Below are positions 43,493-55,000 of a stretch of 64,000 nt of DNA, in pieces; position 1 is the stretch's first letter; the number at the start of each line of letters is the position of its first letter. The notes below the pieces were generated by a model. The model saw only the letters and a list, made by a program, of their open reading frames with translations. It searched no databases and was not told the origin of the DNA. This stretch comes from an uncultured Gemmatimonadales bacterium (GTDB lineage: Bacteria; Gemmatimonadota; Gemmatimonadetes; Longimicrobiales; Longimicrobiaceae). Location: positions 1,440,001 to 1,504,000 of the forward strand of contig OY970303.1 of NCBI GenBank assembly GCA_963716255.1. The letters are read 5' to 3'. Made by a program: the position numbers and the translations under genes.

Positions 43493-43577
43493 CTCCGTGA
43501 TGGCCGCGTGCCGGCGCATGCACTGGTCGCGGAGGCTGATGCCCGGGTGAGGCCGGGGCACGCCCGACCCCGCAGTT
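43493..43577 (+). repeat. Degenerate relative of family 1 (3' half)
   Basis: CTCCGTGA/TCGCGGAG stem and GCCGGGGCACGCCCGACCCCGCAGTT tail matching copy 2. Confidence 0.55.
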
Positions 43578-43597
43578 GCAGTCAGAGCCGTAAAGCG

Positions 43598-44293
43598 TCA
43601 GGGCTCGAACCGGTAGCCGACCTTCCACACGGTGACGATGTGCCGCGGCTCCCGGGCATCCACCTCCAGCTTGCGGCGCAGCTCCGCCACGTGCGAATCC
43701 ACGGTGCGGGTGAGCACCAGCCCCCGGTGCCCCCACACCTCGCGGAGCAGCTCCAGCCGCCGGGCCACGGCGCCGTTGCGGCGCACCAGCGCCAGGAGCA
43801 GCTCGTACGCCTTGGGGGTCAGGGAGACGGGCGCGCCGCCGCGGGTGACCACGCGCGTGGCGGGGCGCACCTCCACCTCGCCGAAGCGGATCACCTCCTC
43901 CTCCGGCGCGGTGCCCGGCCGGCGCGCGGAGCGGCGCAGCAGCGAGCGGACGCGCTCCAGCACCTCCAGGAGCCCGAACGGCTTGGTGACGTACTGGTCG
44001 GCGTCCAGGCGGAAGCCGCGCACCTTGTCCGCCTCCTCGGCGCGGGCGCTCAGGATCATCACCGGCACGCCGCGCTCCTCCGCGCGCAGCGAGCGCAGCA
44101 CCTCGTAGCCGTCCATGCCGGGGAGCATCAGGTCCAGGATCACCAGGTCGGGCTCCCATGCGCGCGCCGCGGCCAGCCCCGCCGCGCCGTCCTCCGCCAC
44201 CCGCACGTCGTAGCCCTCCAGCCGCAGGTTGTACTCCAGCCCCGCGGCCAGGTCCAGGTTGTCCTCCACGATCAGCACGCGCGAGGCGGTCAT
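43598..44293 (-). CDS. OmpR-family response regulator
   Basis: LIVEDN, LDLMLP, KPF, TRTVDSHV, VWKVGYRF. Confidence 0.93.
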   Translation of the reverse strand: MTASRVLIVEDNLDLAAGLEYNLRLEGYDVRVAEDGAAGLAAARAWEPDLVILDLMLPGMDGYEVLRSLRAEERGVPVMILSARAEEADKVRGFRLDADQYVTKPFGLLEVLERVRSLLRRSARRPGTAPEEEVIRFGEVEVRPATRVVTRGGAPVSLTPKAYELLLALVRRNGAVARRLELLREVWGHRGLVLTRTVDSHVAELRRKLEVDAREPRHIVTVWKVGYRFEP

Positions 44294-46047
44294 CGTCCCG
44301 CCCCCGCCAGCGCGGGTGGGAGCGCGCCCTCCTCGGCCGCGGGCGCGGCGGGGAGCTCCACCACGAAGGCGGCCCCGCCCCCCGGCGCGTCCTCCACCCG
44401 CGCGCGCCCGCCGTGCTCCTCCACGATGCCGCGCGCCACCGTCAGCCCGATCCCGCTCCCCCCCACCGAGCGCGCCGCCGGCCCCGAGCCGCGGTGGAAG
44501 GGGCGCCACACGGCCTCGCGCTCCCCCGGCGGCACCCCGGGGCCCTGGTCCGCGACGACGACCCGGGCCGCGCCGGAGGCGGCGCGCTCCACCCGCACGC
44601 GCACCGTCTGCCCCGCGGGGCCGTACTTGACGGCGTTGTCCAGCAGGTTCAGCAGCACCTGGCGGAAGGCGTCGCGCCGCAGCCGCACGGGGGGCACGCC
44701 GTCCGCCGCCGCCTCCACCTCCAGCGTGGCGCGGCGCGAGGCGGCCAGCGGGCGGAACTCCTCCACCACCCGCTCCACCTCTGCGGCCAGGTCCGCCCGC
44801 TCCGGCGGCGCCCCGCGGCCGGGCCGCGAGAACAGCAGCACGTTCTCCACCAGGTAGGCCAGCCGGCGCGTCTCGCGGTCGATGCAGTCCAGCGACCACG
44901 CCCGCTGCTCCTCGGTGGTGAAGCGCCCCAGCCGCAGCGTTTCCAGGAACAGGCGGATCTGCGCCAGCGGAGTGCGCAGCTCGTGCGACACGCTGGCGAC
45001 GAAGTCCGTGCGGCTGCGCAGGAAGCCGCGCTCGCGGCGGAGCTGCGCCATGGCCACCAGCGAGAGCGCCGCCGCCAGCACCAGCAGCCCGGTGAGGAAG
45101 GGGAGCCGCGACGCCGGCACCCCGCCGATCACCACCTCCCCCGCGCGCTCCGGGAGCACCTGCGCCCGGATCACCACCCCGCCCAGCGCCGCCGGGAGCC
45201 GCTGGCGCGCGTCCAGGCTCCACGCCAGCCCCGGCGACGAGTCGAAGAGCACGCCGCCGCCCGCGGTGGACACCTGCACGGCGACCACCTCGCGGTTGGC
45301 GCGGCGCCGGGTGAACGACGCCGGGAGGAGCCCCTGCCCGTCCAGCACCCACGCCAGCCCGCGCCCGATCTCCTCGCGCGTGTACTCCGCTCCGTACACC
45401 AGCGTGTCGCCCCACGCGGTGGGCATCAGCGTGTACGCCAGGAAGCGCGGCCGGCCCCCGAAGCCGCCCACCAGGAATGCGTAGCCGCGGTCGTCGCGCA
45501 GCCCCGATCTCACCTGCGCCGTCAGCGTGTCCACCACCCAGGCGCGCTCCGCCGCCGTGTACACCCCGATGCCGCCCCCGCGCTGGTCCGCCGGCGCCGG
45601 GCGGTCCACCTCCCAGCCGCGCGCCGGGTCCCGGAAGGTGTTGACCCCCACGCCCAGCGTGTCGCTCCCCAGCGTGAAGCCGAAGAAGATCCCCGGGTTC
45701 ACGCCCGAGTCCGCCTGGTGGCAGCCGCACTCCGCGTCCCAGGTCAGGTAGTGCGCCAGGTCGCGCGCGTGCGGCACCCGGGGCGAGGTGTGCATCTCGT
45801 CCTCGTGGTTCACCGCGCCCAGCGCGTCGCGGGCCGCGCCGTCCAGCCACACCTGCAGGTGCTCCCGGTAGCTCCACGCCGCGAAGCCGGCGTACTCGCG
45901 CAGCGCGCTCTCCACCACGGCGCGGTGCGAGCGGGCGGTGCGCTGGGCGTTCCAGGCGGCGACCGCCGTCAGGGCGATGCTGGCCAGCAGCAGGAGGAGC
46001 GGCCAGCCGGGGCGGGTCCAGGCGGGGGGTGCCGGGCGATTCGTCAT
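44290..46047 (-). CDS. Membrane sensor histidine kinase
   Basis: Two TM segments, [34 protein letters not shown] overlap with regulator. Confidence 0.92.
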   Translation of the reverse strand: MTNRPAPPAWTRPGWPLLLLLASIALTAVAAWNAQRTARSHRAVVESALREYAGFAAWSYREHLQVWLDGAARDALGAVNHEDEMHTSPRVPHARDLAHYLTWDAECGCHQADSGVNPGIFFGFTLGSDTLGVGVNTFRDPARGWEVDRPAPADQRGGGIGVYTAAERAWVVDTLTAQVRSGLRDDRGYAFLVGGFGGRPRFLAYTLMPTAWGDTLVYGAEYTREEIGRGLAWVLDGQGLLPASFTRRRANREVVAVQVSTAGGGVLFDSSPGLAWSLDARQRLPAALGGVVIRAQVLPERAGEVVIGGVPASRLPFLTGLLVLAAALSLVAMAQLRRERGFLRSRTDFVASVSHELRTPLAQIRLFLETLRLGRFTTEEQRAWSLDCIDRETRRLAYLVENVLLFSRPGRGAPPERADLAAEVERVVEEFRPLAASRRATLEVEAAADGVPPVRLRRDAFRQVLLNLLDNAVKYGPAGQTVRVRVERAASGAARVVVADQGPGVPPGEREAVWRPFHRGSGPAARSVGGSGIGLTVARGIVEEHGGRARVEDAPGGGAAFVVELPAAPAAEEGALPPALAGAGR

Positions 46048-46084
46048 CGCTGGGTCCGGGCGAAGTGGGTGAACGGCAGGATCT

Positions 46085-46218
46085 GGGCGTGCCCCCGGCT
46101 GGCGCCGGGGTCGGGCTTCGGCTCCGTAGAGCAGCAAACAACGCTGCTCAACGGAGTCGAGCCCCGCGAAACTGCCCGCGGCGATGCTCGCGCCCCTTCG
46201 GGCCGAAATCCCTCACGC
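46085..46218 (-). repeat. Structured repeat family 1, copy 11
   Basis: Inner stem GAGCAGC/GCTGCTC. Confidence 0.93.
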
Positions 46219-46239
46219 GGGGCTGGTGCTCGCGTCCGC

Positions 46240-46345
46240 TGGGGCCCCCTCCCCCCGGCCCCCTCTCCCAGAATGGCGCTTCACGCTTCGCGTGAACCGT
46301 ATGAAGGGAGAGGGTGGCGAGCCTCAAGCGACCGGGGTGAGGGCC
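46240..46345. repeat. Family 3 module
   Basis: CCCCCTCCCCCCGGCCCCCTCTCCC...GGGAGAGGGTGGCGAGCCTCAAGCGA. Confidence 0.75.
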
Positions 46346-46437
46346 CCCCCGCAATAATGCCGCGCGGGCGGGCGGATACAACCGGCGCGGTGTGCGAGAT
46401 TTGTAAAAGCTGGGGACGAGCGTCCCCGCGGGTGGGG

Positions 46438-48807
46438 CTACAGCGTCACCTCGTCCACGAAGCACCACCCCCAGTCCTCCTCCGGCTCGAAGGATCGCAT
46501 CACCGGGTGGCCTTCGTGCTGGAAGTGGGCGCGGGCGTGGCGGTTGGGCGACGAGTCGCAGCACCCCACGTGGCCGCACGTCATGCAGATGCGCAGGTGC
46601 ACCCAGCGGTCGCCGCGCGCCAGGCACTCCTCGCACCCCGCGGGCGTGCGCGGGAACACCGAGCGGACCGCGCCCAGGTGCGCGCACGCCGACGCGTCCA
46701 CCCGGGGCGCCAGCTCCACCGCCCGCACCGCAGCAGCGCCGGCCGCGCCGCGGCCGCCCGGGGCGGCGCCGTCCCCCTCGCCGTCCGCGCGGAACAGGTC
46801 CGCCACCTCCCGGAACGCCTCCGCGCTCCCGGCAAGCACCAGCTCGTCCCCGGGCCGCAGCGCCGCCTCCGGCCCCGGCGCGGCGACGCGCACGCCGCCA
46901 CGTCGGAGCTCGCGCGGCTCGATCCCGAAGCGCGGCCCCAGCCCCAGCTCGCCCACCGTCCGGCCCGCCGCCGCGGCACCCGCGCGCACCGTCACCGTCC
47001 GCACCCCGAAGCACTCCGGCCCCAGCTCGCACGCGGGGATCGCGGGCGGCCCCGCGGGCGCGGCGCCCTCCTCCGCGTCGCGGAGCTGCGCGTAGCCCGC
47101 GCCGCGGATGCCGCGCTCGTACTCCGCCACCGCCTCCGCCGGGATCGCGTACTCGCCCAGCACCGTCCCGAAGAGCTGGACGATGCTTTCCATCTCCTCC
47201 GCGATCACCGTGTCCGCCCCGGCCGCGCGCAGCGGCTGCGCCTCGGAGATGTAGCGCGTGCGCACCACCACCCGCAGCGTGGGGTTCACCGAGCGCGCCA
47301 CCGACACGATGCGCACCGCCATGGCGGGGTCGTCGTCGGCCACCACCAGCACCTTGGCGCGGTCCGTTCCCACGTGCAGCAGCGTGCGCTGCCGGCTGGA
47401 GTCGCCGCGCAGCACCACGATCCCCTCCTCCTCCGCCTCGCTGGCCCCCCCGGGGTTGAGCGTGGTGACCAGGAAAGGGATCCCCGAGTCGCGCAGCACC
47501 CGCGACAGGCGCCGCGCCGCGTCCCCGTAGCCCGCCACCACCACGTGGTTCTCCAGGCGGGGGACGTGCGCCGGCGGCTCGTCCGACGCCTCCGCCGGCA
47601 CCGACGCGGCGGCGGCGCGCCCCTCCAGGCGGCGCGCCAGCCGCGCCCCGGCCTGCGTCAGGAACGGCGTCAGCACCATCAGCACCACCGTGGTGGCGAT
47701 GAACGTCTGCGAGCCGCCCCGCGGCAGCCCGGCCGGGGCCAGCCCCACCTCGCGCCCGGCGCGCTCCAGCACGAACGAGAACTCCCCCACCTGCGCAAGC
47801 ATCAGCCCGGACGCCGCCGCCACCGGGAGCCGGAAGCCCAGCGCCGCCACGCTCCCGGCCGTCGTCGCCGCCTTGACCAGCAGCACCCCCGTCACCGCCG
47901 CGGCCACCAGCGGCAGGTTGCCCACGAGGAAGCCCACGTCCAGCAGCATCCCCACCGACACGAAGAAGATGGCGCTGAAGAGGATCTGCAGGGGGAGGAT
48001 CTCGCCCAGGGCGTGCTCGCTGAAGCGGCTCTCGCTCACCAGCAGCCCGGCCAGGAAGGCGCCCAGCGACAGGCTCACCCCCGCCAGGCTGGTGAGGTAC
48101 GCCGTCCCCACGCACACCGCGATGACGCTGAGGAGGAAGATCTCCGGCGAGCAGGTCTTCGCCACCGCCTCCATCACCCGGGGCATCAGCCGCCGCGCCG
48201 CGAGCAGCACCACCGCGATGATCGCCGCGGCGCGCCCCAGCGTCAGCGCCACGTCCGCCGCGCCCCCGCCCGCCCCGCCCAGCATGGGCACCAGCAGCAC
48301 CATGGCGATGATGGCGACGTCCTGGAAGATGAGGAGCGCCAGCCCCACCTCGCCGTGCGGCGCCGCAGTCTCGCCCCGGTCCGCCAGCAGCTTGAGGACG
48401 ATTGCCGTGGACGACAGCGACACCAGGAAGCCGGTGAACACCCCCGCGCGCCAGTCCACCCCCAGCGCCGCCAGGATCCCCGCCGTCGCCGCCGTCGCGA
48501 GCCCCACCTGGAGCGCCCCGCCCAGCAGGATCAGCCGGCGGATGCGGGCCAGCTTCTCCAGGCTGAACTCGATGCCGATGGTGAACAGGAGCAGGATCAC
48601 CCCCAGCTCGGCCGCTCCCTCCACCAGCTCGGGCCCCACCAGCCCCAGCCCGTGCGGCCCGATGAGCACGCCCGCCAGCAGGAAGCCCACGATGGGCACC
48701 AGCCCCAGGCGGGCGCAGACGTACGCGATGGCGGCGCCGGCCACGATCAGCGCCGCCACCCCCACGAAGAAGGGCGGCGCGCCGACGAATGCGAAGAGCG
48801 GGTGCAT
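46438..48807 (-). CDS. Kef-type cation:proton antiporter with RCK domains and C-terminal UBP-type zinc finger
   Basis: LFTIGIEF, SSTAIV, LIFQD, VAGYG, CAH..CEEC..WVHLRICMTCGHVGCCDSSPNRHA..H. Confidence 0.9.
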   Translation of the reverse strand: MHPLFAFVGAPPFFVGVAALIVAGAAIAYVCARLGLVPIVGFLLAGVLIGPHGLGLVGPELVEGAAELGVILLLFTIGIEFSLEKLARIRRLILLGGALQVGLATAATAGILAALGVDWRAGVFTGFLVSLSSTAIVLKLLADRGETAAPHGEVGLALLIFQDVAIIAMVLLVPMLGGAGGGAADVALTLGRAAAIIAVVLLAARRLMPRVMEAVAKTCSPEIFLLSVIAVCVGTAYLTSLAGVSLSLGAFLAGLLVSESRFSEHALGEILPLQILFSAIFFVSVGMLLDVGFLVGNLPLVAAAVTGVLLVKAATTAGSVAALGFRLPVAAASGLMLAQVGEFSFVLERAGREVGLAPAGLPRGGSQTFIATTVVLMVLTPFLTQAGARLARRLEGRAAAASVPAEASDEPPAHVPRLENHVVVAGYGDAARRLSRVLRDSGIPFLVTTLNPGGASEAEEEGIVVLRGDSSRQRTLLHVGTDRAKVLVVADDDPAMAVRIVSVARSVNPTLRVVVRTRYISEAQPLRAAGADTVIAEEMESIVQLFGTVLGEYAIPAEAVAEYERGIRGAGYAQLRDAEEGAAPAGPPAIPACELGPECFGVRTVTVRAGAAAAGRTVGELGLGPRFGIEPRELRRGGVRVAAPGPEAALRPGDELVLAGSAEAFREVADLFRADGEGDGAAPGGRGAAGAAAVRAVELAPRVDASACAHLGAVRSVFPRTPAGCEECLARGDRWVHLRICMTCGHVGCCDSSPNRHARAHFQHEGHPVMRSFEPEEDWGWCFVDEVTL

Positions 48808-49098
48808 CGGCCTCCGGGGTGGCGGGAGGGTGGGATCCCGCGGCGTCTGGGGACTCCGTCCGCCCCAACGATACCGCCCCCGTCAACCCCGCGGCCAGTG
48901 CCGCTCCCGAGTCTGGCGGCGATTCTGCGGTGGGCCGGCCCCGCGGCGGCACGTTTACCATTGTGCCGCCGGCCCTCACCGTTTTCATTGGTGTGGGCCG
49001 GCGGCGCCGTGCCCGCGCCCCACACCGGATCCCGCGCCGCCCGGCCTCCCGGCCGGACCTTATTCCCGGCGCCGCTCCCCCTTCATCGCGGACCCGCC

Positions 49099-52000
49099 GT
49101 GACCACAGCCGATCTCCTCGCCGACCTGGCGCGGCGGGGCGTGAGGATATCCATCGAGGGCGGCGCGCTGCGCATCAGCGCGCCGCGGGAGGCCGTCACC
49201 CCGGAGCTGCGCCTGCAGGTGGCGGCGCGCCGCACCGAGATCGCCGCGCACCTGGCGGGCACGGCCCCGCCCGCGCCCCGCGACGGCCCGCTCTCGTACG
49301 GGCAGCTGCGGCTCTGGCTGCTGGAGCAGCGGGGAGGCGCCTCGGGGGTGTACAACGCGCCCATGGCGGCGCGCCTCTCGGGCGCGCTCGACGCGGCCGC
49401 GCTCGGGCGCGCCGTGGACGAGGTCGTCCGGCGCCACGGGGCGCTGCGCACCGTCTTCCCGCTGCACGGCGGCGAGCCGGTGCAGCGGGTGCTCCCCGCG
49501 CGGGCGGGCGCGCTCCGCGCGGTCGACCTGGCCGCCCTCCCGGCCATGGCCGGGGAAGCGGAGGCCGCGCGCATCCTGGCCGGCTCCGCCGCGACCCTCT
49601 TCGACCTGGAGCGCGGGCCGCTCTTCCGCGCCCGCCTGCTGCGGCTGCACCCGGGCGAGCACGTGCTCCTCCTGGAGATGCACCATGCCGTCGTCGACGG
49701 CTGGTCGGTCGGCGTGGTCTTCCGCGAGCTGGGGACGCTGTACGGCGCCTTCCTCCGCGGCGAGCCGTCGCCGCTGCCCGAGCCCCCGCTGCGCTACGCG
49801 GACTACGCCGCGCGGCAGCGCGAGCAGCTGCGGGGCGAGACCCTGGAGCGCCTGCTCGCCTGGTGGACCCGGCGCCTGGCCGGCGCCCCCCCGGCGCTCG
49901 ACCTCCCCACGGACCGTCCACGGCCCCCCGTGCAGAGCTTCCGCGGCGCCCGGCACGGCCTGGTGCTCGACCCCGCTCTCGCCGGACGGCTGCGGGCCCT
50001 CGCCCGCGAGCGGGGCGCGACCCCCTTCATGGTGCTGCTGGCCGCCTTCCACGTCCTGCTGGCGCGCTACACGGGCGAGGACGACCTGGTCGTGGGCACC
50101 CCCGTGGCCGGACGGACCCGCCCCGAGCTGGAGGGAATGGTCGGCTTCTTCGTCAACACCGTGGCGCTGCGGGTCGACGGCTCCGGCGACCCCGTCTTCG
50201 GCGAGCTGCTGGGGCGCGTGCGCGAGGCCACGCTGGGCGCCTGGGAGCACCAGGACCTCCCCTTCGACCGCCTGGTGGAGGCCCTGAACACCCCGCGCGA
50301 CCCCGCCCGAAACCCCGTGTTCCAGGTCATGTTCGCGCTCCAGGACGCCCCGCACGGCGCGCTCGCCCTTCCCGGCGTGCACGCCCGCCCCGTGGACATC
50401 CCCATCCGCACCGCCAAGCTCGACCTCACCTGGGCGGTGCTGGACCGGGGGGCGGAGCTGCTCGTGACCGCGGAGTACGCGGCCGACCTGTTCGAGGGCG
50501 ACACCATCCGGCGCATGATCGGGCACTTCCACACGCTGCTGGAAGCCGCGGTCACCGCCCCGGAGCTGCGCCTTTCCGGTCTGCCGCTGATGGGGCCCGC
50601 CGAGCGGGCGCAGGTGATGGAGTGGAGCACCGCCGCCCCGGAGCGCTCCCCGGCGCCCGTGCACCTGCGCGTGGCCGAGCAGGCCGCGCGCGCCCCCGAC
50701 GCCGTCGCGATCGAGGCCGGCGGCGAGCGGCTGACCTATGCGCGGCTCCGGGACCGCGCCGGCGACCTCGCGCTGCGGCTCCGCGCGCTCGGGGCCGGGC
50801 CGGAAAGCCGCGTCGGCATCTGCCTGGAGCGCTCTGCGGAGATGGTGGTGGCCCTGCTCGCCGTGCTGGAGACCGGCGCCGCGTACGTCCCCCTGGACCC
50901 GGAGTACCCCGCGGAGCGCCTGGCCCACATGCTCGCGGACTCGGGCGCGGCGGTCCTGCTGACCCGCGCGTCCCTGCTCGCCGTGCTGCCGGCATTCGGC
51001 GGCGAGACCGTGCTGGTGGCCCCCTCTCCCCCCGGCCCCCTCTCCCCCGCAAGCGGGAGAAAGAGGAAGAACGACGACACCACGTCAGAAGGCGAAGATC
51101 TGGAGGGCCAGGAAGCCCTCCCCCAGGATTGGGGGAGGGTGGCGAGCGTGAGCGAGCCGGGTGGGGGCGATCCCGCGGGCGCCAGCGGGATTCCAATCGA
51201 CCCCGAAAACCTCGCCTACGTCCTCTACACCTCCGGCTCCACCGGCACCCCCAAGGGCGTCGCCGTGCAGCACGGCGCGCTCGCCAGCCAGGTGGACTGG
51301 ATGCTGCGCGCCTTCCCGCTCTCCGCGGCGGACCGCGTCCTCCAGAAGACCCCCTTCAGCTTCGACGCCTCGGTGTGGGAGTTCTGGGCGACGCTCGCCG
51401 CCGGCGCGACGCTGGTGATGGCCGGGCCGGGGGCGCACCGCGAGCCCGCCCGGATGGCGCGCGCGCTCGCCGCCGAGGCGATCACCGTCGCGCAGTTCGT
51501 CCCCTCGCTGCTCGCGGCGCTGCTGGACGAGGACGTGGCCGGGTGCGCCGCGCTCCGCCGCGTCTTCTGCGGCGGAGAAGCGCTGCCGGCGGGGCTCGCG
51601 GCCCGGGCGCGGGCGGCGCTGGGGGCGGAGGTGGTGAACCTGTACGGGCCCACCGAGACCTGCATCAACGCGGCCGCGCACACCTTCGGGGGCGAGCAGC
51701 GCCCCACCGTCCCCATCGGGCGGCCGGTGGACGGGGTGCGGGCGTACCTGCTCGGGGGAGATGGAGATCCGGTCCCGGCCGGCGTGCCGGGCGAGCTGTA
51801 CCTGGGCGGCGTGCAGGTGGCGCGCGGCTACCTGGGGAGGCCGGGGCCCACGGCCGCTGCGTTCGTCCCGGACGGTCTTTCCGGGGAGGCGGGTGCGCGG
51901 CTGTACCGCACCGGCGACCGCGCGCGCTGGCTCGCGGGCGGCGTGCTGGAGTTCCTCGGCCGCGCGGACGGACAGGTGAAGCTGCGCGGCTTCCGCATCG

Positions 52001-55000
52001 AGACCGGGGAGGTGGAGGCCGCGCTGCTCGCGCACCCGGAGGTGCGCGCCGCCGCGGCCGCGGTGCGCGGGGACGGGCCCGGCGGCGGACGCCTGGTCGC
52101 CTACGTCGTGCCCGGCGGCGGGTCGCCCCCCGCCCCCGACGACCTGCGCGCATGGCTGGGCCTGCGGCTGCCCGAGGCCTCCCTCCCCTCGGCGTTCGTC
52201 TTCCTGGACGCGCTTCCGCTCACCCCGGCCGGCAAGCTCCACCGCGCCGCCCTCCCCCCGCCCGCGGGCATCGCGGACGAGGCGGGCCGTCCCCACGCGC
52301 CTCCCCGCACCCCGGTGGAGGAGGTGCTGGCGGGGCTCTGGAGCGACGTGCTGGGGGTGGACCGCGTGGGCGTACGCGACAGCTTCTTCGAGCTGGGCGG
52401 GCACTCGCTCCTCGCCGCCCGCGTCGCGGCGCGGGTCCGCGGCGCCTTCGGCATCGACCTCCCCCTGCGGGCGATCTTCGAGGCGCCCACCGTCGCCGGG
52501 CTCGCCCTCCGCGTGGAGGAGGCCCTGCGAAACGGGGACGGCGCGGCGCCGCCGCCGGTCCTCCCCGCCGTCCGCGAGGGCCCGCTCCCGCTCTCCTTCG
52601 CGCAGCGGCAGCTCTGGGTGGTGGAGCGGATGGGCGGGGCGGAGGGCGTCTACGACGTGCCGCTGGCGCTGCGGCTCGCGGGGCCGCTGGAGCCGGCGGC
52701 GCTCGGGCGCGCGCTCCGCGAGATCGTCCGCCGGCACGAAGCGCTGCGCACCGTCTTTCCCGCCGCGCCGGGCGGGGAGCCCGTGCAGGTGGTCCTCCCC
52801 CCCGCGTCCCGCGCCCTGGCCGTGGCCGACCTCGCCGCGCTCCCGGCCGCGGCGCGGGAGGCGGAGGCCGCGCGGCTGGTGGCCGGCGCGGCGCGAGCCC
52901 CCTTCCACCTGGAGCGCGGGCCGCTCTTCCGCGCCCGCCTGCTGCGGCTGGACCCGGGCGAGCACGTTCTCCTCCTGGAGATGCACCACGTCGTCACCGA
53001 CGAGTGGTCGCAGGGGGTGATGCTACGTGAGCTGGGAGCGCTGTACGGCGCCTTCCTGCGCGGCGAGCCGTCGCCGCTCCCCGAGCCGCGGCTCCGGTAC
53101 GCGGACTACGCCGCCTGGCAGCGCGAGCAGCTGCGGGGCGAGACCCTGGAGCGCCTGCTCGCCTGGTGGACCCGGCGCCTGGCCGGCGCCCCCCCGGCGC
53201 TCGACCTCCCCGCGGACCGCCCACGCCCCGCCGCGCAGAGCTTCCGCGGAGCCCGGCACGACCGGGTGCTCGACCCCGCCCTCGCGCGGCGGCTGCGGGC
53301 CCTCGCCCGCGAGCGGGGCGCGACCCCCTTCATGGTGCTGCTGGCCGCCTTCCACGTCCTGCTGGCGCGCTACACGGGCGAGGACGACCTGGTCGTGGGC
53401 ACCCCCGTGGCCGGACGGACCCGCCCCGAGCTGGAGGGAATGGTCGGCTTCTTCGTCAACACCGTGGCGCTGCGGGTCGACGGCTCCGGCGACCCCGTAT
53501 TCGGCGAGCTGCTGGGGCGCGTGCGCGAGGCCACGCTGGGCGCCTGGGAGCACCAGGACCTCCCCTTCGACCGCCTGGTGGAGGCCCTGGACACCCCGCG
53601 CGACCCCGCCCGCAACCCCGTGTTCCAGGTCGCCGTCTCGTACCACGCCCCGGCTCCCCCGCCGGAGCTCGCCGGGCTGGACGTGCGCCCCCTGCCCCAC
53701 CGGACCACCACCGCCAAGTTCGACCTGTCTCTGCACCTGGCCGACGACGGCGGCGGGATCCGGTGCGCGTGGGAGTACGCCCGCGACCTGTTCGACGCCG
53801 CGACGGTCGCCCGCATGGCGGAGCACCTGGCCGCGCTGCTCGGGGGCGCGGCCGCGGATCCCGACCGCCGCGTCTCGACCCTCCCGCTGCTCACCGACGC
53901 GGAGCGCCGCGAGTGGGAAGCGCTGCGGCGGGAATCGCTTCCCCGCTTTCCCGCGGAGCGCTGCATCCACGAGCTCGTCGCCGAGCAGGCGGCGCTGCGC
54001 CCCCACGCGGTCGCCGTGGTCCACGAAGGGGCGGGGCTCACCTACGGCGCGCTGGAGGCGCGGGCCAACCAGCTGGCCCACCACCTGCGCGCCCTCGGCG
54101 CGGGACCGGGGAGCCGTGTCGGCGTGTGCCTGGAGCGCTCCGCCGAGCTGGTAGTGGCGATCCTCGCGGTGCTCAAGGCCGGCGCGGCCTACGTGCCGCT
54201 GGACCCCGGCCACCCCGCCGGACGGCTGGCGCTGGCGCTCCGGGACACCGGCGCGGCCGCGCTGGTGACCTCGGCCCCGCTGCTGGCGCTCCTCCCGGAT
54301 CCCGAGCCAGGGGACGACGGGACGGCCCTCCCGACGATCGCCGTGGACCGCGACGCCGCCGCGCTGGCGAGCCGCCCCCGGACGCCCCCGGCGCGCGGGG
54401 CCGGGCCCGGCCACCCGGCGTACGTCGTGTACACCTCCGGCTCAACCGGCACCCCGAAGGGCGTGGTGGTGTCGCACGCCTGCGTGGTCCGCCTCTTCGC
54501 GGCCACCGGGCCCTGGTTCCGCTTCGCCGCGGACGACGTGTGGACGCTGTTCCACTCGTGCGCGTTCGACTTCTCGGTGTGGGAGATGTGGGGCGCGCTC
54601 CTCCACGGCGGCCGCCTGGTCGTGGTCCCCCTCTGGGTCGCGCGGTCGCCGGACGCCTTCCACGCGCTGGTGGCGCGCGAGGGGGTCACGGTGCTCAGCC
54701 AGACCCCCTCCGCGTTCCGCCAGTTCGTCCGCGCCGACGAGGAGGCGCCCGCGGACGCCGGGCTCGCGCTGCGCCGGGTGGTCTTCGGCGGGGAGGCGCT
54801 GGACGCGCCGAGCGTGCGGCGCTGGCTCGCGCGGCACGGCGACGCGTCGCCGCGGCTGGTGAACATGTACGGGATCACCGAGACCACGGTTCACGTTACG
54901 TACTGCGAGCTGGACGCCCGCGTGCTCGACGCCGCGCTCCCCGGCACCACTCCCATCGGCCGGCCGCTCCCCGACCTGCGCGTCCACCTCCTGGACGCGG

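Noticed and set aside
44158..49098. N-terminal ~1650 aa of the 4336-aa ORF
   Set aside because: Antisense shadow of the kinase and antiporter genes; NRPS-like sequence starts only at 49099
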